Positions 12,901-25,514 are shown, numbered from the stretch's first letter. The stretch is 64,000 nt of DNA from Eledone cirrhosa (GCA_964016885.1 OZ024742.1:319300001-319364000); one strand, 5' to 3'. Numbers and translations: made by a program. The notes: generated from the letters alone by a model not told the origin.

Positions 12901-15900
12901 CTCTCACTGTCTCTACTCTTTCTCACTGTCTCTACTCTTTCTCTCTCACTGTCTCTACTCTTTCTCTCTCACTGTGTCTACTCTTTGTCTCGCACTGTCT
13001 CTACTCTTTCTCTCTCACTGTCTCTACTCTTTCTCTCTCACTGTCTCTACTCTTTCTCTCTCACTGTCTCTACTCTTTCTCTCTCACTGTCTCTACTCTT
13101 TCTCTCTCACTGTCTCTACTCTTTCTCTCTCACTGTCTCTACTCTTTCTCTCTCACTGTCTCTACTCTTTCTCTCTCACTGTCTCTACTCTTTCACTCTC
13201 ACTGTCTCTACTCTTTCTCTCTCACTGTCTCTACTCTTTCTCTCTCACTGTCTCTACTCTTTCTCTCTCACTGTCTCTACCCTTTCTCTCGCACTGTCTC
13301 TACTCTTTCTCTCTCACTGTCTCTACTCTTTCTCTCTCACTGTCTCTACTCTTTCTCTCTCACTGTCTCTACTCTTTCTGTCTCACTGTCTCTACTCTTT
13401 CTCTTTCACTGTCTCTACTCTTTCTCTCTCACTCTCTCTACTCTTTCTCTTTCACTGTCTCTACTCTTTCTCTCTCACTGTCTCTACTCTTTCTCTCTCA
13501 CTGTCTCTACTCTTTCTCTCTCACTGTCTCTACTCTTTCTCTCTCACTGTCTCTACTCTTTCTCTCTCACTGTCTCTACTCCCTCTCTCGCACTGTCTCC
13601 ACTCTCTCTCTCTCTCTCTCAAACACAAAAATTGTATTCTTTTCTCTTTAACAATTTCTCCTCTTTCAGTTTTCCTTTGCCTCAACGCTTTGTCTTTGGA
13701 ACAGAAGGAGCCAGCCACTCTGAGCTAGAATCACAAGGAGGTAAATGAGTTAATATTCATTGCTTGATTTGGAGGGTTATTTTGTTAACAAAAGTAACAA
13801 TCTATTCTATTTAAAGATATTTTGTAATCCTGTTCAACTGTACTGCAATTGAGGTAGTTGGTCATGAGACATTTGATCCTTGATTCAGCTGATCCGTCAT
13901 TAAAAAATGATCTCGGTGTGACCTATTGTCTTTTTAGCCATAGTATATATATATATACATATATGGGTATGGATTCATTGAAGGTCCGACGTCTGGCAAT
14001 GGAGTTGGTAAACACCCACAAAGTTATTAACCATCTCGCCAACAACAACCCTGAGCACCTTTTTGATCTCCATGTGTCTAACACACGTGGACATGCCTAC
14101 AAAGTCAGAAAACAGCACAGCTCCCATGACTTTCGGAAACATTTTTTCACGCTTAGAGTTGCTGAAGCATGGAACAAACTGCCTGTGTTTGTTAGCTGCC
14201 GAGACACTGCATCCTTTAAAACCCTCATGCTTCTCGAAATTCGCCAAAACTTCACCTGATGTCCCCCTTCCATACACATGCACACATGTGTATATCATGA
14301 CTCATGCTCTGTTGATTTTCCTGACGTTTGTACATTACCCTATGTACTATACATACACTTTTGATGAATTGTAGTGCACCTGAGCACTGTACACAATATT
14401 TTCATTATTATTATTATTATATATCATCATCATATAAGGCTACATTATCCATTATAGTTTTCCTATTTTTTAAAAGGGGGACATGGGGGGTGATTTGGAA
14501 ACTAGTCAACCAACCACGTAAAGGTTCCACTATAAGAATGGTTTATATCAACAATATTTGGATTAAAAATAAAAGGTGTTGTATCTGGTTGTGCTTTGAG
14601 ATGAATATGAGGCTAATGTTTTAGGTAGGCAGCACCATGTTGTAATAAATCTATACTATGGGTGTAAACAATTAATTGTCTAGGAACTTGTTACATCTAA
14701 CTTTACATGGACTGGATTTATGTAAGCATTTCCTGGTTTTGTGTGCAGTGGCAACAAACCAGTTGGATTTATTGATAACACAATGCCATTGGTCTGGGCA
14801 ATATTTATAGATTTTACTGAAGTTGTCTGTTATGTTTAACACCTTTGTATGACAGTTGGTTAGCAGAGTTAGTGAATACTGAGCAATATTCTATGAAAAA
14901 CTGAGTTGTGTTGTGAGGAGTTGCAAACATATCACAGCCTCAGCAATCCAGGATTATGGGATATTATTTTTTTCAATATTTATTTGGAAACTATTTTATG
15001 TCATTAATGCTTTTAAGGGGACGTATACAACACAACCCTTTATTTAACCACTTTTACAGCACAACCCTTTATTCAACCACTTTTAGAGGTATGTGTACAA
15101 CACAACCCTTTATTTAACCATTAATAAATGTTCTTGTTAGTGTATTATTGTATAATAATGATGCAGCTGATAGTAATGAAGGTTGAAATACCTCTGCTAT
15201 TTTTAAAGATAAAACAGTTGTAATTCAATTAATATAATGGGCACCAGCAATGTTTGTCTTCATCTTCATCAGACTGGTTTCTTTCTCTCTCTCACCTGCT
15301 TTTTTCTCTACATTCTCTCTTATCCTCTACTGCCACTTTCCATCACTATTATTCTCTCACTACATAAATTTAAAAAAGGAAAGTTGTTGTATTAAGAGCC
15401 TGAAATTGTTTGTGCATGTATGTGTTTGCGTGTATGTATGAAGTTCTGCATGTTCAGACACCTTACAATATTGATATACTTCTGGTAAGCCGAGTTTAAA
15501 CCTAGTTGTAACCATTTCACTTCATTTATTTGACTGGTGTTACTTTAGAAGAGCCTGAATTTCATAATTTCTAGTTTGCTCATCTATCAATCTGAATCTC
15601 TGTGCCTAGCTACAGATACATATATAAGTACAGTGTCAAAAGTATAAATCAATGACACATTGCTTAAATATATAAATATACATGTATATATTTAATTGAT
15701 CTAACTTTTAGCTTTGGGCATGGACGATACTCGCATGGACCTTTCCCAATTTGATGATGGTCAAGTCCGTAGCTTACCTTTCACATCTCATCAAGTGACT
15801 ACTTCCGGTGAGTTTTATCTTTAAAAAAAATCTCACAGTATTCTGTATTTTTTAGTGTGTGTGTGTGTGTGCATCTGTATGTACTCATGATATTTTTGTT

Positions 15901-18035
15901 TGATACTGATAGACATATAACCTTTTTTGGATACAGAAAAAGTATTATTATCAGACCAATATAGAAATATTTCCTTTTTTCCATAACTAAAGGAAATATT
16001 TTTCATGGGATATTCAACTCTCTACGGCTATCTCAGAGAAATAAGGGTAGATCTGGCTGTTGTTGTTTTTTTTTGTTTTTGTTTGTTTTTTTCTTTTTTA
16101 AATAAAATGACATATCAAAGTTACAATCATAGAACAAATGCTGTTTGGTGTTTTGGCCCAAAATACACATACATATATACACATATGGACCTTTAACTCC
16201 TGATGGAGTTTTAGGAACAGCAGCATGACATATGTGTCTTGGCCATTTAAACCTGGTAGAGCCCATCCTTCTCCGGGTCTCAACAGCTGATTTCTTTCAG
16301 AGAAGAAGGCAAAGTGAAATATAAAGGAAGAATATACTTGTATTGGTACTTTATTTATTGACATTAAAAGGATGAAGTTATAGAGAAAGTATATACAACA
16401 TACTTGTATTGGTCTGGTACTTTATTTATCGACATTGAAAGGATAAAATTATAGAGAAAGTATATACAGTATACTTGTATTGGTTTGATACTTTATTTAT
16501 CAATCTTGAAAGGATGAAAAATAAAGTTGACTTTGGCGAGACTTTGAAATCAAAGTGCAGAGAGCTGCAACCAATACCACAAAGCATTTTATCTGATGTT
16601 CTAATAATGACTTTGCACATTTACTACCTAAAATATACATGTACTGTGTAAATATACATGTACTGCTGTGTAAATATACATGTACTGCTGTGTAAATATA
16701 CATGTACTGTTGTGTAAATATACATGTACTACTGTGTAAATATATATTAGAAAACTAATATTAAGCAGATAATGTATTAACAAATATTTCATATTTTTTC
16801 TTAAGTCTTGGATCAAAATTTCAGATCATAATGATACACAGTTAAATTTTTTTCGTTTCACATTTAAGATGGTAAAATATAGCTGTCAGTGAAATGTGTG
16901 TGACATTTTTGATGTATGAAAAAGCATTTTTTCTTTTTTTTAAATAATTGTTTTAATGACATTCTTGGTAGGTAATTATTAACTGTTTCACTACCATATT
17001 TCTATTAAAATACACTGCCTATGGTTTTTAAACAATTTAAAAAAAAAAAAAAAATGTATTTAGCAGGATTTAGTAATGTAATGTTCTCATTTATTAAGCT
17101 GGTGTTCAGAACATAACACAATAAAGGTTCTTACATAAAATTATGATGGAAGGTTTTTAAATATCTATAAACACTTTAAAATAGCTTTGTATTGTAGAAC
17201 TACGGATGGTTTCAGGCAGTTTGATATCAAGTGTTAATGTTGGTTTGAGAATATATATATATATTCATTTTACTATGTGTATATTTAGTCTAATTAGATG
17301 AGATAGATGGATTTCAGAGGTGAGAGTCTCCTAATGATAATAATAAAGACATGCAGAATTGGAAGCCATCAGCACTCCCTTGGTGTTGTGATGAGATGGA
17401 TTATTTGAGGATTTATGTAGTTTTCTATTTGTGTGTGTGTGTTGTTTTTTTTCTATTGTTGATTATGTCTGTCTGATTTAGAATTTGTACCCGGTATCCC
17501 TGTGTGTTGTATAGGCTGACTAAAGGGGTTGGTGCCAGGAAGGATATCCTGATGTGGATAAAATCTTATCTCACAAAGAACCCCCATTACCATGCAGCCT
17601 GCAAGGCAAACACCTATTTTAGTGGGAAAATTGGCTTTAAAACGTTTGTGGTGTTATTTTTATTTTCATTTTGGATCAACTTATTAAAAATATGTTCTCC
17701 TCTTGAATTCTTTCTGCAGAATCGGTTTTGTCTTTTTTTATCCTAACCCTTCCATCCATAGATTTGTAAATGATGTTAATCCATTTCACTGCAAATAGAT
17801 CAACTTCTTATTTCACCATATTAGAAACTTCAGTTCAAATTGGTCATTACTGACAAAAATTAACCTTTTTATTACTATAGTAACCTTTCTATTACAATAT
17901 TTCTAATGAAAGGCACTGTCTATGTCTTTAATTAACCCTTTCGTTACTTTATTTCTAATGACAGGCACTGCCTGTGTCTTTAACCCTTTCGTTGCTATAT
18001 TTCTAATGAAAGACACTGCCTATATCTTTAACCCT

Positions 18036-18067
<32 letters not shown>

Positions 18068-21000
18068 TTTACGTCCGCTTTTCCCTGCTTGCAAGGGTGG
18101 GATGGGTCCTATTCAGCACAGCATCTCTCCACTTGTCACAGTCCTTTATCATCTCCACCCATGAAAGGCACTGTCTATGTCTTTAATCATTTCATTACAA
18201 TATTTCTAATGAAAGACACTGCCTATGTCTTTAACCCTTTCGTTACTTTATTTCTAATCAATGGCACTACCTGTGTCTAACCTTTTCATTACTATATATC
18301 TAATGAAAGACCCTGCCTATATCTTTAACCCTTTCATTACTTTGTTTCTAATGAAAGACATTACCTATGTCTTTAACCCTTTCATTACAATATTTCTAAT
18401 GAAAGGCACTTTCTATGATTTTTCAATTGTTTTTAAAATAATCGAAATTTTGAGAGGTTTAGTAAAATGACTTTCTCATTGTTAAATTGATGCTTAGAAT
18501 ATAACTTAAGAAAAGGTTCATACATAGTTTATGATAGAAGGTTAAAGTTTAAACATGTACATCATCATTATCACCACCATCTGTCCATTTTCTATGCTAG
18601 CATGAGTTAGACGAGTTGTCCCATTGTGAGACAAGTCAGATCAGGTCACCATACAGATCAGGTCATACAGAACAGTTTCTGGCTTAGTTTCTATGGCTGG
18701 ATGCCCTTCCTAATACCAACCAAATTTATAGTGTGAACTTGAAAACAAATGTTGTTTTTCTTTATAGAACTAGGGACAGTTTTAAGCAGGTTGGTATCAA
18801 AAGTCGTAATGAAAATCTACAAGGGGTGATCGCCATGTCAAAGTTGAAGTGATTACTGTTTTGAATGAAAAAGGTGTGAATGAAGGGAAAAGATTCAAAA
18901 CACTATTGGTCTGTGTGGTATCACTGGAAAGACCTTTCTCATGTCATACATTTAGAACAAGTTAGCCTGCTGGTACCCTCCCTCTCCTTACCCTCCAAGC
19001 AAACCATATAGGAAAATTTTAAAACCAACTCTACAAGCTAGTGTATGTCTAGATTTAGTGTAGATGTTGGAAAAGGTAACAGACGCCATAATTTTTTTTA
19101 ATTCTTCTAAAATTTGCAGATTTTTCATGCCTGTATAAAAAAAACATATATTATTATTAGTAGTAGTAGATTGGCAGAAGTGTTAGAGCAGTGGACAGAA
19201 TGCTTCGTTGTATCTAGTTACAGCTCTTTACATTCTAGGTTCAAATCTAGCTGAGGTCAACTTTGGTACTTTATCAAGCCCAGAAGGATAAATGGCAGTC
19301 AAATGTTGGAGTCGATTTAATTGATATTCTTCTTCCCTAAAATTGTTGGTCTTGTGCCTAATTGGAAACCATTCTTATTATTAGTTATATTAGCACAGTG
19401 GTTTGGTAATATCATTAGAGCTTGAGACAAAATGCTAAATGGCCTTTTATAATCTGTGTTCAAATCCTGCTGAGGTTTGCTTTGCCTTTTGGGCTTGATA
19501 AAATAAAGTACCAGTAACACTCTGGGATTGATTTAATCTACTTTCCCTTCCCCCAAAATTGTTGCCCTTGTGACTAAATCAGAAAGCATTATTATTATTA
19601 TTATTATTATTTCACAGGTGGCTCCGCAACTGTGGTTTTCAGTAATTTTGCTGTAAGCTCTACCCCTCCCCAGCAACTATTACAAGGTGACAATTCAAAT
19701 AAGGAACCACCAGCTGCAAAAGAAGGGACCAGGTAAGATGGATTTTTTTTTCCTGTCTAATTATCTTGATGTATGCTATACACAGGACAAAATTATCTCG
19801 CCCACTACACAAAAGATTGAGCCAACAAAGAAGTTACAAGATGGTTGGTCTATATTCTCGACATAACAGCCAAATCTGCCTCAAATCACAAACTACTATC
19901 TTTAAAAGAAAGGATAGAAACATTCAGTACATGGTCTTGGGTATGTTATGTATGAAACACCTCTAATTATAGGTTTGTGGACCTAGTGATGAATAACAAC
20001 ATACAAAAAGTAACTTTTCTACCAACTCCACTCAAAGATCTCCTTGTTGCCACCCTGCAGAATACGTTTTTCAGTTTATTCAAACAAAGGAGCCTCTATT
20101 TGTTTGTCCACTCTTCTAGAAATAGCAGCCAAACTCTCACAAATATCTATTCTAGAAAAATAATTATTTGGAGTAATGTATTCTTAAATATACAAAAGGA
20201 CCAAATGTTCACAGTTGATATATCTTTGAAAATAGGCCTGCTGAATCAGGGCTTCCCTGGGGGTAAACAAGAGCCTGTGAAAAATTAAGTATTTAGTACA
20301 TATGGCTAGATACAGTATCTTATGTTGGCAGTAGTAAATTTTAAGAAGGGTCTGTAATTGCTTTTAGCTAAAGTAAGATTTTAATAAGAAATCTAACCTC
20401 TTTACTGCAGCATTAGCCAAGTAGTAGATGATTATTCTGGATTTAGTCACCTATGGCTATAGTGAGCTTGTTAGTCTTTTGACAAACCATGTGAGTTCCA
20501 CAAGATGAGTCTTTCAAATTGGCTCCTTTAACATTAATAGGATGTTAGGCAAATCTACTTCTTTATTTTTTGTGGTTTAGTCTGGAGAATGGGGCTATAC
20601 TTATGGCTTTTGTTCCCCTTATGATACCAGTAATATCAACAGGTTGAACATAGCTCTGTAGCAGTTGTAAGTCAACAGCTGCTGGAACTGAAAGTCCAAT
20701 GTTAATAGGGAAACAGTGTTGATGATTGAAATTGTTGTTTCAATACAGTGCTTATTTTATTGACACCTCTCAAACTACTCCTTCCCTTTTCTGAACCCGT
20801 GTGCATGTTTCTGATTATTGTTGTAAATATTTATTATTGATACTAGAGTGATTTGTTCCTTAATTCAGCCATTTTATTTATAGTTCAGCCTCATCAATTG
20901 ACACACCAAAAGAAGATACAGCTACAGAAGATATAGGTAATCTATTTCTCTCTATATATATATATACACACACACACACATATATATGTTTCTAATTTAA

Positions 21001-22724
21001 AATGTTAGAATCCAAACACAGCAATCACTATAAATAACTTTAATAAATCTGAGATAATGGCCTTAGGGACAGAAAAAGGTAGCCAGCAGCCACTACAGAG
21101 AATTGAACTTTGTGTCTTTTGAATTCCAGCTGAATGTGTTTCCACTATGTCAAATGGTGGCTGACAAGTTTCTCCAAATTAGGAACTATATATATAACAG
21201 CTTTGCAGATAGAGGTGGAAGTAAACACATTTTACGATTTATCGAGGTACACATGTGACTTTAATGCAGTTCTCAGTGAGAGTCAACATGTTACAGTGTG
21301 ACAAGGCTGGCCTCTTTGAATTGCATGTACAACTTATTTTTGCCAACTGAGTGGACTGGAGCAATGTGAAATAAAGTGTCTTGCTGAAGGATACAGTGTA
21401 CTGCTGGGAATTGAGCTTACAACCTCATGATGATTATTATCTGAACATCCTAACAACTAAGCCATACCCCTTCACAATATATATATCATAATCATCATTA
21501 GTCTGTTGTTCATTGCTTGCATGGGTTGGACGCATCATTCTAAGTTCAGCATCTAGCCACTTTTAGCGTTCCTCTGTCATCTCTTCTGTGAGCTTTATAT
21601 GTATGTATAAACACACACACTGTTAAATATGCTCTATTGTTTACTTAGCTTCCAGAACAGTGCGTGATGGCCAGGCTGGTTCAACCTCTGGAGAACAAGT
21701 ATTACCACCAGCTTCTGAAGATGATGGTGGCAGTACAGATCCTCAAGGTGAGGAATTTATTTCTATTATATTTCTATTTTTATTTATTTGTTTTTCTCAT
21801 TACTTTAAACTCCAACCATTATTTTGTAGCAATTCACTGAAAGTCTTTTAAGACTGAAAATGTTTAATGAAACACTGTTTTAATTACTTATATGCATTGT
21901 AAGGGCCTCTAATCATATAAAATTATTATTTAGTCACAATGCTTTCAAAAACTGCCTTGAAACTCAATTCATATTTTAGGCATGACTAAATAAGTTTTAA
22001 CCAAATTGATGTCTAAATAAGTTTTAACCAGATAGTATGGTGTTCCATAATAGGACAGCCATAATATAACTGTCACCATGTCAGTGATTTAACCTCTGAT
22101 GAGTGATTTAGTAAGTGAATAAAGGAATTGGAGTGCCAACAACCAGGAGGTCAACTATCAGTAAAGAGAAGATATCTTTGGAATTCATATTTTACCAATA
22201 ACAGATGAAATGGCTAAGCAGAAATGAAACACAGAATTTATGTAGTCTTTAAAACAGCCTAATTTGTGTTTAACTATTTTTTAATTTAATTTATTCTAGG
22301 TTTGCGCAAAAGTAAAATCCAACCAATTGTGTGGGACCAAAGTTCCGGACCAGGTCAACAACACCCAACACCTGCTACATCACTTCAACAAAACCCAACC
22401 CCACCTACTACACTTTCTACACCAAGCACCAGTGCTGTTCTATCATCAGCTAAAGGACGTGGAGGATTTGCTTGGGTTCCTAACCCCACACCTAGTCCTA
22501 GCACTAGTCCAAACCCAACTCCAACAACAACAACTACTCCTCGTGGCGGTATGATATATAATACACGGGGTGTACGCTGTGCTTCGAATATCAGGGGTAG
22601 AGGTACTATAATGCGTGGTCATCCTACCCGAAGTCCAGTAACAAGAGGTCACATAGGAAGAGCCCGAGGACCTGCGTCTCGAACATCTGGAACTCGAGGC
22701 CGGAGTGTTCGACGAAAGAATTAG
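764..22724 (+). CDS. TPR: Nucleoprotein TPR (Megator/Mlp), 3' part; join(764-912,5539-5639,13670-13740,15712-15807,19618-19732,20884-20936,21649-21747,22300-22724)
   Basis: Eight GT-AG exons join in consistent phase. The translation contains [38 protein letters not shown] and [14 protein letters not shown], matching the TPR C-terminal motif (VPSTPTL.VP.R.DGFAEA), and ends in an RG-rich tail. Stop TAG at 22722-22724. The 5' part lies outside the window. Confidence 0.9.
1062..1351 (-). mobile_element. tRNA-headed CORE-like SINE; related copies at 21245-21475(-), 49930-50052(-), partial 400-560(+)
   Basis: A/B-box head (gtggttaggg...gagtttgattgcc) followed by the core ccttgagcaagacactttatttcac. 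Confidence 0.75.
1561..4734 (+). mobile_element. Near-intact RTE-clade non-LTR retrotransposon (single ORF 1586-4711, APE endonuclease + RT)
   Basis: 1041-aa uninterrupted ORF with EN motifs (QEHR, GDLNA, IDY, SDH) and RT motifs (NYRGISL, QNGFR, DFSKAFD, GILQGD, FADD, YLG); (TGA)n tail; TSD ATTAATCCA at 1552-1560 and 4735-4743. Confidence 0.95.
5539..5639 (+). CDS. TPR: TPR coding exon ([33 protein letters not shown])
   Basis: Conserved TPR motif; donor GTAAGT; acceptor has a poor pyrimidine tract. Confidence 0.9.
5994..6260 (-). mobile_element. V-domain-like SINE with RTE tail (family copies: 10090-10319+, 18560-18740-, 23693-23920+, 26307-26662-, 29465-29890+, 31990-32220+, 33893-34155-, 37195-37690-, 39228-39535+, 49470-49695+, 49735-49890-, 53795-54235+)
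   Basis: Shared core gtggttggtgttaggaagggcatccagc.gtagaaa and, in most copies, the tail cccatgctagcatggaaaatggacgttaaatgatgatg. Confidence 0.8.
6270..10075 (-). mobile_element. Near full-length, inactivated RTE LINE (EN-RT-PHD-like finger-thumb)
   Basis: Overlapping ORFs 9567-9184, 9214-8507, 8407-7052, 7109-6888 and 6829-6335 give EN (QETRW, GDLNGH, QIDY) and RT (DLEKAFD, GVHQGS, YADV instead of YADD), with frameshifts; 5' boundary approximate. Confidence 0.9.
10320..13620. repeat. 23-bp pyrimidine-rich minisatellite (CACTGTCTCTACTCTTTCTCTCT)n, about 140 units
   Basis: Direct reading; explains the three spurious >1000-aa ORFs. Confidence 0.97.
13670..13740 (+). CDS. TPR: TPR coding exon ([23 protein letters not shown])
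   Basis: Acceptor ctctttcag, donor GTAAAT, phases match. Confidence 0.88.
13960..14420 (+). mobile_element. 5'-truncated CR1-clade LINE 3' end
   Basis: C-terminal motif TRGH..K......RKHFFT.RV...WNKLP followed by a 3' UTR and (ATT)n tail. Confidence 0.85.
15028..15120. repeat. Short tandem repeat (acaacacaaccctttatttaaccac), 3 copies
   Basis: Direct reading. Confidence 0.7.
15712..15807 (+). CDS. TPR: TPR coding exon ([32 protein letters not shown])
   Basis: Acceptor ctaacttttag, donor GTGAGT. Confidence 0.88.
16632..16745. repeat. 22-bp tandem repeat (gtaaatatacatgtactgctgt), about 5 copies
   Basis: Direct reading. Confidence 0.85.
17860..18420. repeat. About 48-bp tandem array of a MITE terminus
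   Basis: Unit ttaaccctttcattactatatttctaatgaaagacactgcctatgtct, about 9 copies. Confidence 0.85.
18038..18160 (-). mobile_element. About 120-nt 3' tip of the same RTE family as 34484-35312
   Basis: Reverse complement is near-identical to 35208-35312, including the (TGA)n tail. Confidence 0.85.
19618..19732 (+). CDS. TPR: TPR coding exon ([11 protein letters not shown]...AKEGT)
   Basis: Acceptor tttcacag, donor GTAAGA, phases match. Confidence 0.8.
20884..20936 (+). CDS. TPR: TPR coding exon ([17 protein letters not shown])
   Basis: Acceptor ttttatttatag, donor GTAATC, phases match. Confidence 0.78.
21649..21747 (+). CDS. TPR: TPR coding exon ([11 protein letters not shown]...STDPQ)
   Basis: Acceptor tttacttag, donor GTGAGG. 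Confidence 0.82.
22300..22724 (+). CDS. TPR: TPR last coding exon ([13 protein letters not shown]...RG-rich tail)
   Basis: Acceptor ttattctag; open to TAG; AATAAA about 105 nt downstream. Confidence 0.88.
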
Positions 22725-22828
22725 TTAATTAAAGCCAACCATCTCTCAATCCATACAAGTGTCATATGTACATTTCCCCTCCATAAGAAATATTTCTGCT
22801 CAAATGTTCTGTAAGGAAATATTTGTAA

Positions 22829-22834
22829 AATAAA
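22829..22834 (+). terminator. Putative polyadenylation signal of TPR
   Basis: AATAAA followed by T/GT-rich sequence. Confidence 0.65.
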
Positions 22835-23067
22835 CATTTTGTCTTATTAAATTTTAGTTATTTGTCTTATTTTTTAGTATTTTAAGAGCTGATGATAACT
22901 GAGTGAAGATACGAGAAGGTATCAGACTAGCAGCTAATGAATTAATAGTAATCCAGCATTATTATTTTATCTGTTCCAACCAACAGGCCGAGGCCATGCT
23001 AGGGCTCTGCCATAGTAGAATTATGTTATGTTATTTTCTGTTGCTGATTTTAAATCCTTTTATGGGT

Positions 23068-24600
23068 TTGAAGCTCAATCCCAATCGATCACCAGTAATA
23101 ACTATTGTGTCAAAGAGTCTCTGTATATCTTCACTCAATGTGGCAAGAAGGGCCGTATCAAAGATTATTAACCTTTTGACCATTGATGGTAATTCCTTCT
23201 GGACAGTCCTCGAGTTCCCAAAGAATCATCTCTGATACAGATTAAAGAGATCTGGCATACTACCCTCCCAATGTGAAACCAGTTAGTCATTCCCTCCGGC
23301 TGATGAACCGCAACAAGTTAGTCATTGTAGACAGATCTTATTATTCTTGTGTCTTTGTCATCAATTCTGATGTTATCGAGTATTTTAAAAAGCTCAACAT
23401 GTTGAACTTTATCAGAAGCTTTTTGATAATCGATAAACACCAGATAGAGATGTTTTTGGTTATAGGGCTCTTTTGCTCAGCATTCTTAGGACAAAGATCG
23501 TGTTTCTCGTGCCTTGGTCCCTCATGAAACCGAACTGTGATTGTCACCTAATTTTCTGCAGGATAATTTTCAATAGAATTTTAAGTAGATGGGACATTAG
23601 ACTGATTGAATGATGGCACTTTAGGAAGGGCAATGAAAATGATTTAGCCTTTCCTTTGGGAATCTTCCTGTTTCATAAATTTCTGACATCAGCCATTACA
23701 CTATAAGGTGGCTGTGTAGGAGACGCGGTGAAAAGGCTCCCAGTCTACACTGTAAATGTGGTTGGTGTTAGGAAGGGTATCCAGCTGTAAAAAAAATCTG
23801 CCAGAGACGCTTCCGTGCGAGCGAGACATGGTCTCCCGACCATTCCCGCATCAAATGGAACAAAACCGTCTAACCCATGCTAGCGTGGAAGATGGACATT
23901 AAACGATGATGATGATGATGAACCTCCAGATGATCGATTGAGATTGAGCATCAACAGCAAGAAGACAAAAGTAATGGTTATTTATATCAAAGTCTGAAAT
24001 ACTACCAACATCAGCTGTACCACTGCAATACCCGTATTGAACAGGTTTTATCCTTCAATGTCCTGGGTGCACTGGTCACCTCAGACACCAGATGCAAGAA
24101 AGAAATTCAAAGAATAGCTCTTGCAAAAGATGCATTCTCAAGACTCCAGTCCATCTTTGTCGATCGGAATCAAAATTTGTTTACTGAAGACATTTGTCTG
24201 GTCAACGCTTCTTTACGGTTGCGAATCGTGGACTTTCACAAATCAGACACGGAGATACCTCAAGTCTACCGAGATGTATTTCTATCGCAGAATACTCAGG
24301 ATCTCGTACGCCAACCGAATAAATAATGAAGAGAGTGCAGATGGAACGTGAGATACTGCTCACTATTAAAAAGAGATAACTAATGTTCCTAGGACATGCC
24401 ATCAGAAAAAGCATGCTGGAAGACCTTTCCATTAGCAGTAAAATTCCTGGAAAGCATGCTAGAGGTCATCAAAGGAGGTCCTTTTTTTGACAATTTCAAC
24501 ATCGAAGCCACAGAAGTATGGGATCTTGTCTGAGATCGAACAGCGTGGAACATCATGGTTCGTCAAATACTGATACAGTGATGGCACAAGAAGAGAAGAT
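23068..24600. mobile_element. Degraded RTE (Bov-B-like) LINE with inverted 5' part (23068-23692 minus; 23931-24600 plus)
   Basis: Minus part encodes ISLMSHLLKILL, QFGF, FIDYQKA.DKV, GITING.KVNNL; plus part encodes INSKKTKVM, LLYGCESWT, LMFLGH; 24-nt overlap at the breakpoint. Confidence 0.8.
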
Positions 24601-25514
24601 GGCAGCTGAAATCTTTTCTAGTATTCAGAGTCTAACCAAAAAAAAATTGACTGTTATTCTCTGAATTGCATTTTGGCAGTGGTTTTAATTATGGGATGAT
24701 GTGCAGCAATTTCTAACTTTCAACTCCAACAAAGTTAAAAATGTTTGTGTATGGGTCTCAAAAGATAACAATACATTGTCTGCTGTAGAGAAAGACTTGA
24801 ATAGAGCTGATCTCAGGATGCTGAACCTCATAGATGTCGAAGGAACAAAAGTGAAGTGAAGTTATGCTGAAATGAACCTGTCCAACCCTTGGAAAACAGA
24901 CCTAAAAGGATGAGGATTACAATCTATAACCTTTATTGTTTATTCAAAATTTCTAATCCTACTCCTTTACATTCTGCATTCACTACAACCTCTACCAGGT
25001 CTATTTAGCATTTCATTTTATTTTTAACCTAGCAAGTAACTAAACCAATATAGTCGTTCTTCTCTGAGACAAAACTGTTCAATCATAATTTTATGTAAGA
25101 AACTTTGTTACGTTCCTAACTTGAGCTTAATAATAAAAAAATTAATTATGTTATTAAATCCTTCCAAAACCATAGACATTGTCTTTCATTAGAAAGGGTT
25201 GAAAAGGGCAGAATCTAACCCCTTTTTGAATGTCAGTAATCCTAGCACACTTTGATTATTGTAACATCAAGCAGATGATTTAAATCTGTAAATTAGGGCT
25301 GGTCTAACACAATTAACTGTCCTTGCAATAAGAATGGAACTCTGCATAGCAATATCTGTAAAATCAAATGCTGTTTAGTCTTGAACATTCACATACAATA
25401 TAGTGTTAATGGCAGGATAGAAACCCTTGGTCTGTCACCTAATTGTTTAGTACCCTACTGATTCATGGCTAGGAAAGTAGATCAAACAAGAACATTTTTT
25501 TTATATATATAAAG

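Noticed and set aside
10309-13748. Three overlapping ORFs of more than 1000 aa (S/L-rich)
   Set aside because: Artefact of a stop-free 23-bp minisatellite in a TPR intron; only 13670-13740 is a real exon
22095-22170. Intronic C/D snoRNA candidate (TGATGA box)
   Set aside because: No matching terminal CTGA box or terminal stem found
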